Shown here one piece after another: positions 19,713 through 28,982 of a stretch of DNA of 64,000 bases. A program made the translations under genes and the position numbers. The stretch spans positions 1,241,051 to 1,305,050 of the forward strand of contig NZ_CP124862.1 in the NCBI RefSeq assembly GCF_030013905.1, given 5' to 3'. The notes under the pieces are model-generated. The model was not told the DNA's origin, made no database searches, and saw only the letters and a list, made by a program, of their open reading frames with translations. The first letter of the stretch is position 1; each line of letters starts with the position of its first letter. Source of the stretch: Petroclostridium sp. X23. Its GTDB lineage: Bacteria > Bacillota > Clostridia > SK-Y3.

Positions 19713-20951
19713 TCATCCTACATCACGATAATCTAAAATTCTTTTTGTTTTCTTTTCACTTCTGGGCAGCCCACCAACTTCTAACGCTTCCACATGGATA
19801 CTGAGTCCGATTAGCTTTTTAAAGTGTTCTGCAACCATTGTCTCAATATCAATCTTGTTACACAAATGACTCATTTCAACTCTTAGTGTCATCACATCTT
19901 TTCCGTCAATATGTGAGACAACAACCTGGTATTCGCTGCTGACGCCTTCGATGCTTCTCAACAATCCATCAATTTGTCCCGGATAAATATTTACACCTTT
20001 TACCTTCACCATGTCATCGGTTCTGCCTATAATCCTATCCAACCGCGGATACGGCCTGCCGCATGCGCATTGGCCCGGAATAAGTCTCGTCAAATCTCTG
20101 GTTCTGTAACGCAGCAGGGGTGCTCCTTCTTTGGTGAGGGTAGTGATTACCAGTTCTCCATATTCCCCTTCGGGAAGTACGTTACCGGTAGCCGGGTCAA
20201 TGATTTCAAAATATAAATGATCATCCCAATAATGCATTCCCGAATGTTCATCACAGTCAATTGCAATCCCCGGCCCATAAATCTCGGTCAAACCATAGAT
20301 ATCATAGGTTTGTATTCCCAACTCATCTTCAATCCTTTTACGCATTTTTTCTCCCCAGCGTTCCGAACCGAATATGCCTTTTTTTAGACGAATATGCTGT
20401 TTGATTTCCCGTTTGCACACTTCTTCAGCGATGAGCAATCCGTAAGAGGAAGTGCCTATCAATACCGTGCTTTTTAAATCTACCATCATCTGAAGCTGCT
20501 TTTCGGTATTGCCGGGCCCCATAGGTACCGCCATTGCGCCAAGTTTTTCTACACCGGCCTGAAATCCTATACCTGCCGTCCACAGACCGTATCCGGGCGT
20601 AATCTGCACTCGGTCTGTTTTGGTGACCCCTGCGGTTTCCATACATCGCCCCATAAGCTCAGCCCATACATCTACATCCGACTTTGTATATGGGATAATA
20701 ACAGGCTTGCCTGTCGTTCCTGAAGATGAGTGTATTCTTACCACATCCTCATCAGGTACCGCTTGCAGACCTAACGGATATGCATCTCTAAGTTCTTCTT
20801 TGGTCGTAAAGGGTAAATACTGGATATCCTCCATGGACTGAACTTTATTGATATCGATGCCGTACTCTTCAAATTTTCTGCGGTAAAACGGACTGTTTTC
20901 CGATAATCTTTTTAATAATGTTTTGAACTGATTAAACTGTTCTCGTCTCAT
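19713..20951 (-). CDS. paaK: Phenylacetate-CoA ligase family (aryl-acetate:CoA ligase, PaaK-like)
   Basis: AMP-binding core (SSGTTGKP; YGLTE). 412 aa. Immediately downstream of iorAB. Confidence 0.75.
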   Translation of the reverse strand: MRREQFNQFKTLLKRLSENSPFYRRKFEEYGIDINKVQSMEDIQYLPFTTKEELRDAYPLGLQAVPDEDVVRIHSSSGTTGKPVIIPYTKSDVDVWAELMGRCMETAGVTKTDRVQITPGYGLWTAGIGFQAGVEKLGAMAVPMGPGNTEKQLQMMVDLKSTVLIGTSSYGLLIAEEVCKREIKQHIRLKKGIFGSERWGEKMRKRIEDELGIQTYDIYGLTEIYGPGIAIDCDEHSGMHYWDDHLYFEIIDPATGNVLPEGEYGELVITTLTKEGAPLLRYRTRDLTRLIPGQCACGRPYPRLDRIIGRTDDMVKVKGVNIYPGQIDGLLRSIEGVSSEYQVVVSHIDGKDVMTLRVEMSHLCNKIDIETMVAEHFKKLIGLSIHVEALEVGGLPRSEKKTKRILDYRDVG

Positions 20952-20965
20952 CTATATCACCTTTC

Positions 20966-21565
20966 CTATCTTGTCTGTATAGCATTCAAGCCTAATCTGA
21001 AAGCTTTTATATTCAAGTCAATATATTTTTCTTTTACATGCTGCCCAATGATCTCTTCCATCAAATCCTGAGTGACAGGCAACATCTCCAATCCAAATGC
21101 CGCTCCCAGCATCACTACATTTACCGCTTTTGACGTTCCTGCTTCAATCGCCAATGAATGTGCATCTACATAATGCACGTTTGGAATATGCTCGCTTATA
21201 AATTTTTCAATATCTTTATAATGATACGCCGCCAGTCCTAGAGAAACCGGAACGGAATTAATCCAATACTTATTGACAATACATTTTCCTGTTGGTGAAA
21301 GGCGGTTAAAGTTCCTTACCACTTCGCCCATTTCAAATCCCAGCAATAAATCGGCATTTTTCAAAGGAATGACCGAACCTGCATCCTGACTGCTGATCCT
21401 GACATGACTGGTAACACATCCGCCTCTCTGTGCCATGCCGATGGTTTCAGCCGTTCTTACAAAATATCCTGCTTCTATAGCCGCAGCCCCTAACAACCGT
21501 GATGCCAAAACAGTCCCCTGTCCTCCGACACCTCCAATAATCACATCAAACTCCATTGTTTCCAC
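20966..21565 (-). CDS. iorB: Indolepyruvate/aromatic 2-oxoacid:ferredoxin oxidoreductase subunit beta
   Basis: About 200-aa POR gamma-like domain (GGVGGQG). Overlaps iorA. Confidence 0.7.
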   Translation of the reverse strand: METMEFDVIIGGVGGQGTVLASRLLGAAAIEAGYFVRTAETIGMAQRGGCVTSHVRISSQDAGSVIPLKNADLLLGFEMGEVVRNFNRLSPTGKCIVNKYWINSVPVSLGLAAYHYKDIEKFISEHIPNVHYVDAHSLAIEAGTSKAVNVVMLGAAFGLEMLPVTQDLMEEIIGQHVKEKYIDLNIKAFRLGLNAIQTR

Positions 21566-23348
21566 CTCCTAAGGGTTGAAATGCACCCACCGGACAGACC
21601 TGGCTGCATAGACCGCATCCATTACAGAGGGACGGCTCCACTGCGGGTTTGCCTTCTTTCATATACATTGCCGGACAACCTAAATCTCTGATACATTTAT
21701 TACAACCGATACATTTCTCAGATACCGCCAAAGGGGTATCTCCCTTTATGTTTACCACACAGGGGCTCTCTAAAATCACTACCGAAGGGCCTTTAAAATC
21801 AATCGCTGCCTGCGCGGCAGCCACTGCTTCTTTTTGTACCAGCGGATTGGCCTTTTTTATGCATTTTACACCACAGGCTTTTACAATTTCATATATATCC
21901 AGCTTGGGTGCTTCTTTACCCATCACGGTCATACCGGTACCCGGATGAGGCTGATTTCCCGTCATGGCTGTCGTTCTATTATCAAGTACCGCCACCGTAA
22001 TATCGGTGTTATTATAAACGGCATTGATAATCCCCGGAATTCCCGTATGGAAAAAGGTCGAATCACCTATAAACGCTATATTCGCCGTATCGTTCTCTAC
22101 ACGGTGCAATCCCTGTGCGATCGTAATGCCTGCCCCCATGCAAAGGCAGGTATCTACAGCTTCCAATGGCTTTGCATTGCCCAGTGTATAACATCCGATA
22201 TCCCCGGAAAAAACAGCTTTTTTCCCTTTGGTGGCAACTTTAAATGCATAGAAAGATGCTCTATGCGGACATCCCGGACATAGTACCGGAGGCCTTGGAG
22301 GAAGTTCGGGAATCTGCGAAACTTGCTGAGCCGGATTAGGGATTTGAAGAAATTCGCAGACAGCATTCCTAATAAGCTCTACACTATACTCTCCCGCCAC
22401 AGGCATATGTCCTGTCTTCTTACCGGAAATGCCCGGAATCTTCTCACATTGCAAGCTGAGCTCTTTAAGCTGCTCTTCAACCACCGGATACAACTCTTCC
22501 AGCACCAGTACGTCCTCTACACTATTTAAAAACTTTAGTGCCAATTCATCAGGAAACGGGTGCGGTGTCCCGATCTTCAATACAGGCAGGCTTAGTCCCA
22601 ATTCATCGATGACTTCTTTTAAGTACGTATAAGCGACTCCTGAAACAGCGATACCTTTCTTACCTGTTCCGGTAAAACTGTTAAACCGAGAACTTGAAAA
22701 AATATGACTGAGTTCCTTTTTCTTTTCTTCCAGCTTGATATGATTCTTATAAGCCAAACTTGGAAAAATAACCCAACGAGCATCCTTTGTAAAACCTTCT
22801 ATACAAGATTGGTCTATTTCGCCTGTGAGTTCTACAGTACTGCAGGAATGGCAGATCCTTGTGGTTGTTCTCAATATCACAGGCAGCTCAAATTGATGTG
22901 ATATATCAAAGCATTCTTTAACCATCTCTTTTGCTTCTTCCGGAGTAGAAGGATCAAAAACAGGCAAATTGGCAAATTTACCGAATGCCCTGGTATCTTG
23001 CTCCGTCTGAGAAGAAAATGGCCCCGGATCATCGGCTACATATACAATCATCGCCCCTTTAATACCTACATAGCTCAAGCTCATCAGAGGGTCAGAAGCA
23101 ACATTTAATCCCACCTGTTTCATAGCAACCATCGACTTCGCACCGGTATAAGCGGCACCTGCTGCAATTTCCAATGCAACCTTCTCGTTGACCGACCATT
23201 CCACATATATTTTTTCATCTATATTATTTTCTGCAATCGTTTCAAGCATTTCAGTGGAGGGTGTCCCCGGATAACCGGTTACCACGTTCACACCCGCTTC
23301 GATTGCGCCGAAAGCGATTGCCTCGTTTCCTATTAAGAGTTTTTTCAT
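21546..23348 (-). CDS. iorA: Indolepyruvate:ferredoxin oxidoreductase subunit alpha (TPP-dependent, C-terminal 2x[4Fe-4S])
   Basis: TPP-binding region (GDSTFFHTG...N). C-terminal CIGCNKCIRDLGCP...CNGCGLCSQVCP ferredoxin motifs. 600 aa. Confidence 0.75.
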   Translation of the reverse strand: MKKLLIGNEAIAFGAIEAGVNVVTGYPGTPSTEMLETIAENNIDEKIYVEWSVNEKVALEIAAGAAYTGAKSMVAMKQVGLNVASDPLMSLSYVGIKGAMIVYVADDPGPFSSQTEQDTRAFGKFANLPVFDPSTPEEAKEMVKECFDISHQFELPVILRTTTRICHSCSTVELTGEIDQSCIEGFTKDARWVIFPSLAYKNHIKLEEKKKELSHIFSSSRFNSFTGTGKKGIAVSGVAYTYLKEVIDELGLSLPVLKIGTPHPFPDELALKFLNSVEDVLVLEELYPVVEEQLKELSLQCEKIPGISGKKTGHMPVAGEYSVELIRNAVCEFLQIPNPAQQVSQIPELPPRPPVLCPGCPHRASFYAFKVATKGKKAVFSGDIGCYTLGNAKPLEAVDTCLCMGAGITIAQGLHRVENDTANIAFIGDSTFFHTGIPGIINAVYNNTDITVAVLDNRTTAMTGNQPHPGTGMTVMGKEAPKLDIYEIVKACGVKCIKKANPLVQKEAVAAAQAAIDFKGPSVVILESPCVVNIKGDTPLAVSEKCIGCNKCIRDLGCPAMYMKEGKPAVEPSLCNGCGLCSQVCPVGAFQPLGGGNNGV

Positions 23349-23412
23349 CTTTTATCCCCTTTACATCTATTTATTGGTTCACGGTTTACAGTTCACAGAA
23401 TATTTCCACGCT

Positions 23413-23556
23413 CAAATCACATTGGTATCCATAGAAGAATACAACAAAGTCGAATTTAGCACGCAGAGGAAATCGAACTTGGGGACTGTCCCTGCTGTTT
23501 GCCCGGTTCTGGCATAACAGAGGGACTGTCCACATGTTTGATTTTCGAACGACTAA
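23413..23556 (-). repeat. Copy C of the MITE-like repeat, inverted relative to copies A, B and D
   Basis: Reverse complement reads gtgGAAAAGTGCTTAGTCG ... gggactgtccc ... gggactgtcc ... AAATTCGACTTTGTTGTATTCTTCTATGG. Aligns to copy B termini and stem-loop. Confidence 0.5.
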
Positions 23557-23560
23557 GCAC

Positions 23561-23645
23561 TTTTCCACATCTTGTTTAGTGTAGTGGCAGGCCTTGTGTC
23601 TGCCCGAATACCCCTAAGCATTTTTATGGGGGTAGACACAAGGCC
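23561..23645. repeat. About 85-nt imperfect hairpin (13-bp perfect core stem) in the iorA upstream region
   Basis: aggccttgtgtct ... agacacaaggcct with a nested acccc/ggggt stem. Flanked by gtagtggc / gcctacccctaccac. Confidence 0.4.
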
Positions 23646-23759
23646 TACCCCTACCACCAATCATCTGATTTATTATGTTAAAAGAAAGATATATATTACC
23701 CTAAGCATGTGCAACTTATTATTTTATGCTCTAAAATATATTTTATACCAAAATAACAC

Positions 23760-24542
23760 TTATATCAATATTGATATAAACGTTATTGCAATAAGACATA
23801 TAATAACCGCATAATCCTTTGTTTTCATATCCACCTGGTTGTAGTGAGAACGCGGGCCTGCACCAAAACCTCTCACTTCCATGGATATCGCCATTTTTTC
23901 TGCTTTTTTTACCGATGATATCAATAGAGGGATGGCAAGCGGTATAATAATAAATAATTTTTTGAATGGGTTTCTTGTGTCCGAATCATACCCTCTGGAT
24001 TTTTGTGCCTGTAGGATTTGATCCATCTCTTCCATAAAAGTCGGTATAAATCTCAAAGAAGTAACAAACATAAATGCATATTTAAAAGGAACCTTACATT
24101 TTTCAGTCAGTACTACAACGATATCTTTCATCTGCGTCGTGGTCATCAGAATGGGTATAGTAGAAGTTGTCGCCAACATCCTAAGCGCCAGGACAGCACT
24201 GTATTCCAAACCTACATCGGTGATTCTTCCGATGTTTACAAAAGGGATGATATAAAAAAGTGTATTTCCTTCTGTCACGAAAAATATTTGAAAAAGTATT
24301 AATAATAAAGAAAATATAAACAATCCTATAATTGCGGGCAATACTTGCTTTAAAACTTTGGATAATGCTGCTACGGCTAAATTGCTGATCAACACTAATA
24401 ATATGGCAGCGGGCTGATTAAACATAAAACATATGGTTAATACAGCAATGGTCCATAATATTTTGGTAATGGGATTCAATTTATGCATCACCGTATTTGC
24501 GGGAATATATTCAACCAATGCCGGCATTTTTTTCACCTTCAA
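23760..24542 (-). CDS. ecfT: ECF transporter transmembrane (T) component
   Basis: CbiQ-family polytopic membrane protein, 260 aa. Overlaps ecfA. Confidence 0.7.
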   Translation of the reverse strand: MKVKKMPALVEYIPANTVMHKLNPITKILWTIAVLTICFMFNQPAAILLVLISNLAVAALSKVLKQVLPAIIGLFIFSLLLILFQIFFVTEGNTLFYIIPFVNIGRITDVGLEYSAVLALRMLATTSTIPILMTTTQMKDIVVVLTEKCKVPFKYAFMFVTSLRFIPTFMEEMDQILQAQKSRGYDSDTRNPFKKLFIIIPLAIPLLISSVKKAEKMAISMEVRGFGAGPRSHYNQVDMKTKDYAVIICLIAITFISILI

Positions 24543-25347
24543 TCAAATAAATAACTTGTTCATACATTTGTTCGGCGGTCATCATATCTTTGAAATAGCC
24601 TTTTTTGTGAAATTTTTGTGCCAAACTTAGAATTTGCGGACAACTAAGCTTTGCTTGTTTCACACTCTCATGCTTGACAAATACTTCTTCAGGTCTGCCA
24701 TCCTCTAAAACAACACCGCCGCTTAAAATGACGGCCCTTGATGCATACTTCGCTACCAATTCCATATCATGGGTAACCATAATGATGGTCTTTCCCATCG
24801 TATTCAATTCTTGAATCATCTCCATGATTTCAATACTTTCCTGATAGTCCTGCCCTGTAGTCGGTTCATCCAATACGATAATATCTACATCCAAAGCAAG
24901 AATAGATGCAAGCGCCACTCTTTGTCTCTGTCCTTTGCTCAAAGAAAAGGGATTCACATCAAGGAATTCTTCAAGGCCTACTCTTTTCGCAGCTTTTTTT
25001 ATTCTTGTCTCCATATCCGACTTGGATAGTTTTAAAACCTTCAAACCAAAGGCGATCTCTTCATAGACCGTATTACAAAAAATTTGGTGATCGGGATTTT
25101 GAAATAAAAAACCGATATGCTGGGCTAATCTGCTGGTTTTATGTCTTCTGGTATCCAGTTCCTTCACCATCACCTTGCCGCCCGTTGGCTTGAGCAATCC
25201 GTTGAAGTGTTTTAACAACGTGGTTTTCCCTGCACCGTTCTGCCCCACAAAAGCAACAAATTCACCTTTGCGGATGTGTAGAGAGATATCTTTTAAAATG
25301 TCTTTTCCGTCTATATAACCAAATGTAAGATTCTCAATCTTAATCAC
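24511..25347 (-). CDS. ecfA: ECF transporter ATPase component
   Basis: Walker A GQNGAGKTT, ABC signature LSKGQRQRV, Walker B ILDEPT. Confidence 0.75.
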   Translation of the reverse strand: MIKIENLTFGYIDGKDILKDISLHIRKGEFVAFVGQNGAGKTTLLKHFNGLLKPTGGKVMVKELDTRRHKTSRLAQHIGFLFQNPDHQIFCNTVYEEIAFGLKVLKLSKSDMETRIKKAAKRVGLEEFLDVNPFSLSKGQRQRVALASILALDVDIIVLDEPTTGQDYQESIEIMEMIQELNTMGKTIIMVTHDMELVAKYASRAVILSGGVVLEDGRPEEVFVKHESVKQAKLSCPQILSLAQKFHKKGYFKDMMTAEQMYEQVIYLIEGEKNAGIG

Positions 25348-26213
25348 TGAAATCTCCCCTTATCCTGCAATACTTTACTTACAACCAAATAGGCTTCGTC
25401 CACATTGATCGGAAATTCACCATGATATAAGCCTTTTTGTTTCAGCATATACGCCAGCTGTGTCACCGGCGGACAGTTTACTCCAAGCCCTTGGAGGGTA
25501 TCCTGCCGGGAGAGCACTTCCCGGCAGGGACCTTCTATCGCTATCTTTCCTTTGTCCAGTACAACCAAGCGGCTGCAATATTCAGCAAGGTACTGAATTT
25601 TTTGTTCTATGATAATGACAGTAATGCCATATAGTTCATTAAGGTTCTTCAGAGTCTCATAAATTGCAAGCGTTCCTTGCGGATCCAATTCAGATGTGGG
25701 CTCATCCAATACCAGAATTTTAGGACGAAGCGCAATGGCCGCTGCTATGGCTACCCTCTGTTTTTGTCCACCGGACAATCTCGCAGTAGAATAATTCCTC
25801 AATTGGGAGATCCCCGTCATCTCTAATGCTGTTGTAATTCTTTCTTCCATTTCATATCTCGGAAGATTCAGATTTTCCAATCCAAAAGCAACTTCATCCT
25901 CTACAACCGTCGCTACAATCTGCGCTTCAGGATCTTGAAAAACACTTCCGATAGAACCGGCTAGGGCTACACAGTCATTGTCAACCGTATCTTTCTGATC
26001 AACCATGACACTCCCATAAAAATCACCTTGATAAAAGTGAGGAATAACACCGTTCATACATAAAGCCAATGTTGATTTTCCTGCTCCTGTAGGCCCTGTA
26101 ATTCCTATAAACTCACCTTCATGAATATCCATATTGATCTGTTGGAGCGAAGCTTTTTTGGAATTTTGATATATAAACGTTAAATCAGAAATTTTTAAAA
26201 TACTACTCATCAT
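25344..26213 (-). CDS. ecfA: ECF transporter ATPase component, second paralog
   Basis: Walker A GPTGAGKST, signature LSGGQKQRV, Walker B LVLDEPT. Confidence 0.75.
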   Translation of the reverse strand: MMSSILKISDLTFIYQNSKKASLQQINMDIHEGEFIGITGPTGAGKSTLALCMNGVIPHFYQGDFYGSVMVDQKDTVDNDCVALAGSIGSVFQDPEAQIVATVVEDEVAFGLENLNLPRYEMEERITTALEMTGISQLRNYSTARLSGGQKQRVAIAAAIALRPKILVLDEPTSELDPQGTLAIYETLKNLNELYGITVIIIEQKIQYLAEYCSRLVVLDKGKIAIEGPCREVLSRQDTLQGLGVNCPPVTQLAYMLKQKGLYHGEFPINVDEAYLVVSKVLQDKGRFQ

Positions 26214-26769
26214 TCTTCCCCAATGCCATTTTAATAGGATAATATAATACTTGTGCCAAAACTGAATTCACTACCGCAGTCACCACTACTACAGTTAACA
26301 AATACGTAAACGCCGGGTTCTTAGGTGTTTCGATAAACAGAATCAAGAATTTAAGAATGGTAATATAGGTTAATCCACTGGCAGCGGTACCTAAAAATGT
26401 TACAACAAATGGCTTTAATGAGTACTTGCCTCCTAATGAAAGCTTAAACGGCGCCATTACCAATAATCCGGCTACAATCGCACCAATAGGTTCACTGGCA
26501 AAATTAATATAAGGAATGAGCGATTTCGTAGTAAAATGACATACCGCCGCTGCAACAATCCCTATGCCGATCACTTCTTTAAAAGAAGGCCTGATTAAAA
26601 GAATTGCCAAACAATACATTCCGATAACAAGATTGGGAGTAATCCCGAAAAATGGCGGTGTATACAATCTAAGTACCGCTCCGGCAGCAATCAATATACC
26701 CGCCAGCACTACATCTACCGCTTTTAGTTCTCTCTTTTTCACTTCTCTTTTTACTGCTGTTTCCATCAT
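26203..26769 (-). CDS. ECF transporter substrate-specific (S) component; likely tryptophan-specific (TrpP-like), judged from its leader
   Basis: 188 aa with about 6 TM helices, immediately upstream of ecfA'-ecfA-ecfT. The leader carries GAG repeats. Confidence 0.55.
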   Translation of the reverse strand: MMETAVKREVKKRELKAVDVVLAGILIAAGAVLRLYTPPFFGITPNLVIGMYCLAILLIRPSFKEVIGIGIVAAAVCHFTTKSLIPYINFASEPIGAIVAGLLVMAPFKLSLGGKYSLKPFVVTFLGTAASGLTYITILKFLILFIETPKNPAFTYLLTVVVVTAVVNSVLAQVLYYPIKMALGKNDE

Positions 26770-26840
26770 TCATCAACCTCCAAAATATTTTTTGTTAGTC
26801 AGTCTAAGATAAGGTATTTGGGGCTGAGTGATGTTTATAA

Positions 26841-26880
26841 CCAATAAAATAGCAGTAGGATGAAAAATCCTACTGCTGAT
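26841..26880 (-). terminator. Leader intrinsic terminator (attenuator) upstream of the S-component gene
   Basis: Minus strand: cagcagtaggat-ttttc-atcctactgct followed by ATTTTATTGG. It lies downstream of the gene's own TTGACA-17-TATACT promoter and about 80 nt before the start codon. Confidence 0.55.
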
Positions 26881-26909
26881 ATTCTCTAAAATATTTCAGC
26901 TAATGCAGA

Positions 26910-26961
26910 CTCATCTCTTCTCATCTCAACTCAGCTATATAATTTTCTCTCATCTCATCTC
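26910..26961 (-). promoter_or_regulatory. Cluster of (G/U)AG triplet repeats with 2-nt spacers: candidate TRAP (MtrB) binding site
   Basis: Minus strand: GAG-at-GAG-at-GAG ... 14 nt ... GAG-tt-GAG-at-GAG-aa-GAG-at-GAG, then further UAG triplets, all upstream of the leader terminator. Confidence 0.5.
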
Positions 26962-26981
26962 GAACCTAACTAGTTATTTAT

Positions 26982-27010
26982 AGTATAAATAAAAGCCTCA
27001 ATATTGTCAA
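26982..27010 (-). promoter_or_regulatory. Sigma-A type promoter for the ECF S-component operon
   Basis: Minus strand: TTGACA-17 nt-TATACT. Confidence 0.5.
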
Positions 27011-27052
27011 TCATTTTTAAATATTATTCTGATCTATCAACATGATGAAAGC

Positions 27053-27892
27053 TTATTTATGATTCTCTACAAACCAATCTATCAAACTCCTCGAAATACT
27101 GATATGATTAGGAATCTCCGGAAGATTTTCCGCACCAAACCAGCCTGCATCATCATTCTCAGTTCCGTCAACAGTGATTTCTCCACCTGCGTATTCCGCC
27201 GTAAAAGCAATCATCATTGAGTTGGGAAACGGCCATGATTGACTTCCGAAGTACTTGATATTTTTTACCTCAATGCCCATTTCCTCCATTACTTCTCTTT
27301 TTACACAATCCTCCAGCGCTTCACCCGGTTCTACAAAACCGGCGATGACACTGTACATCTTATGGGTAAACCTTTTAGCGTGGGCAAGTAAAATCTTTGA
27401 ATCTTTTACAACCGCAACGATAATGGCCGGTGAAATATTTGGGTAACTGAGCAGTCCGCACGCCGGACAGATCTTTGCCCTTTCATCTTGTTTAAAATTT
27501 GTTTCTTTTCCGCATCTGCCGCAATAGCGATGAGTCTGATCCCACAATAAAATCTGATATGCCCGTCCCGCAAGCAAAAACAGATGATCATCCACAGTAC
27601 CGAATAGTGATCTTAAGTCTTTCCAGCAAAGTTTTGAGGAATTTTCTTTGCTATCACTGATTTGCGCAAGGTAGCAATGCTTACCCTCGTACAACCCCAG
27701 GTATTGTTTGCGCTGTAACGAAATGTTATTCTCTATTAAAAAATCATTGGATGGAATGGTCACTTTTCCATCGTCTGCCGGTACTACCATGATTTTATTG
27801 TTGTCAAAAACCAACCACAGCGTGTCTTTATTAGGCTCATCTTCACAGAGATAGGCAGGAACATACTTTTCATAGATACTTGATGTTATCAT
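27053..27892 (-). CDS. nudC: NAD+ diphosphatase (NADH pyrophosphatase, Nudix family)
   Basis: Zinc ribbon CGRCG...CPACG. Nudix box GFVEPGEALEDCVKREVMEEMG. Confidence 0.75.
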   Translation of the reverse strand: MITSSIYEKYVPAYLCEDEPNKDTLWLVFDNNKIMVVPADDGKVTIPSNDFLIENNISLQRKQYLGLYEGKHCYLAQISDSKENSSKLCWKDLRSLFGTVDDHLFLLAGRAYQILLWDQTHRYCGRCGKETNFKQDERAKICPACGLLSYPNISPAIIVAVVKDSKILLAHAKRFTHKMYSVIAGFVEPGEALEDCVKREVMEEMGIEVKNIKYFGSQSWPFPNSMMIAFTAEYAGGEITVDGTENDDAGWFGAENLPEIPNHISISRSLIDWFVENHK

Positions 27893-28033
27893 AGACTTTT
27901 ATACCTTTCTTCCATAAAATATATTAATTATAACAAATATATATCAAGCAGTGCGCAAAGTCAATAAACATAAGATAAGCTGGTGAATGAAATTAAAAAG
28001 CTAGTCTTCTTAAGCCTTCTGTAGACTTTATGC

Positions 28034-28723
28034 TTAATACTTCTTACTTAGCGCATCTTTTATTATTTCTCTATATGTTGATCCTTTACTTATCAGATCA
28101 TCTATTCTTTCCTTAGATATGCCTAAGTTTTCTAGGTTAGCAATTAGTTCTGTATTAGGAAAAATAAAGTCTAATTCCTCTTGTGATATCTGAGTCATAT
28201 CCTCATATGTATAGCTTAGATTATATAATATGATACTCTTTTCTGAGTCAATCCCTTGTTCCAGTAATCTGTTTTGTTCTTCTTCTGAGCATGCAAAAAA
28301 ATCAAATCCTCCGCCATCTAAATGTGTTCCCGGAGCAAATATTATGTCAATTTGCTCTTGCGCTAAGGATAACATTTCTTCTTTATCAAATCCTAAATTT
28401 TCTAATGTATTTCTCATTTTTTCTGTAATTCCTTTTTGTTCCAATCTCTTCAATAATTCACTCTTTGAATTTTTTTCTTGCTCTAACTTTCTTAATTTAT
28501 TATCTTCAATTCTATTATCTATTGTATTTTCTTTGTTGCTCTCTTGCCCTAATGTGTCTTCAGCAGCTCTATTTTCAGAAGTGCTATTTACTTGAGCTTC
28601 TTTATCGAGATCTTTATTCATATACACAGAAGATGAATTAATATTTTTGTCTGCTTTCTGACATGACGATACCATGATTACTAAAAATATTATTCCAAAT
28701 AAAATCTTAATAACTTTTCCCAT
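28034..28723 (-). CDS. Hypothetical lipoprotein
   Basis: Signal peptide with lipobox (LVIMVSSCQ). Acidic low-complexity body. Confidence 0.4.
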   Translation of the reverse strand: MGKVIKILFGIIFLVIMVSSCQKADKNINSSSVYMNKDLDKEAQVNSTSENRAAEDTLGQESNKENTIDNRIEDNKLRKLEQEKNSKSELLKRLEQKGITEKMRNTLENLGFDKEEMLSLAQEQIDIIFAPGTHLDGGGFDFFACSEEEQNRLLEQGIDSEKSIILYNLSYTYEDMTQISQEELDFIFPNTELIANLENLGISKERIDDLISKGSTYREIIKDALSKKY

Positions 28724-28982
28724 AGAAGCCTCCTCACCACTTTTAGAATTTATTTAATATTTTTATGCTACAAGTTCGTTGTTTTCTATTCCATAATAGT
28801 AAAAAGGAATGTGTATACCAAAATTATCTTTATTTTCTTTCTCTGTCCGCATGAATATGATATCTCTGTACCTAAGTATCTCTTCAACTCTTTTCCTCCA
28901 TACACTATAAATCTATTGCCTTCATATTGACCTTCTGATTTTGCCTTATATTTTCATAATAATGCTTATAATATAATAATTC

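Noticed and set aside
26841-26880. Read the hairpin as merely the nudC terminator
   Set aside because: A strong TTGACA-17-TATACT promoter lies between the nudC stop (27053) and the hairpin, which places the hairpin in the S-component leader. It may still also terminate nudC read-through.
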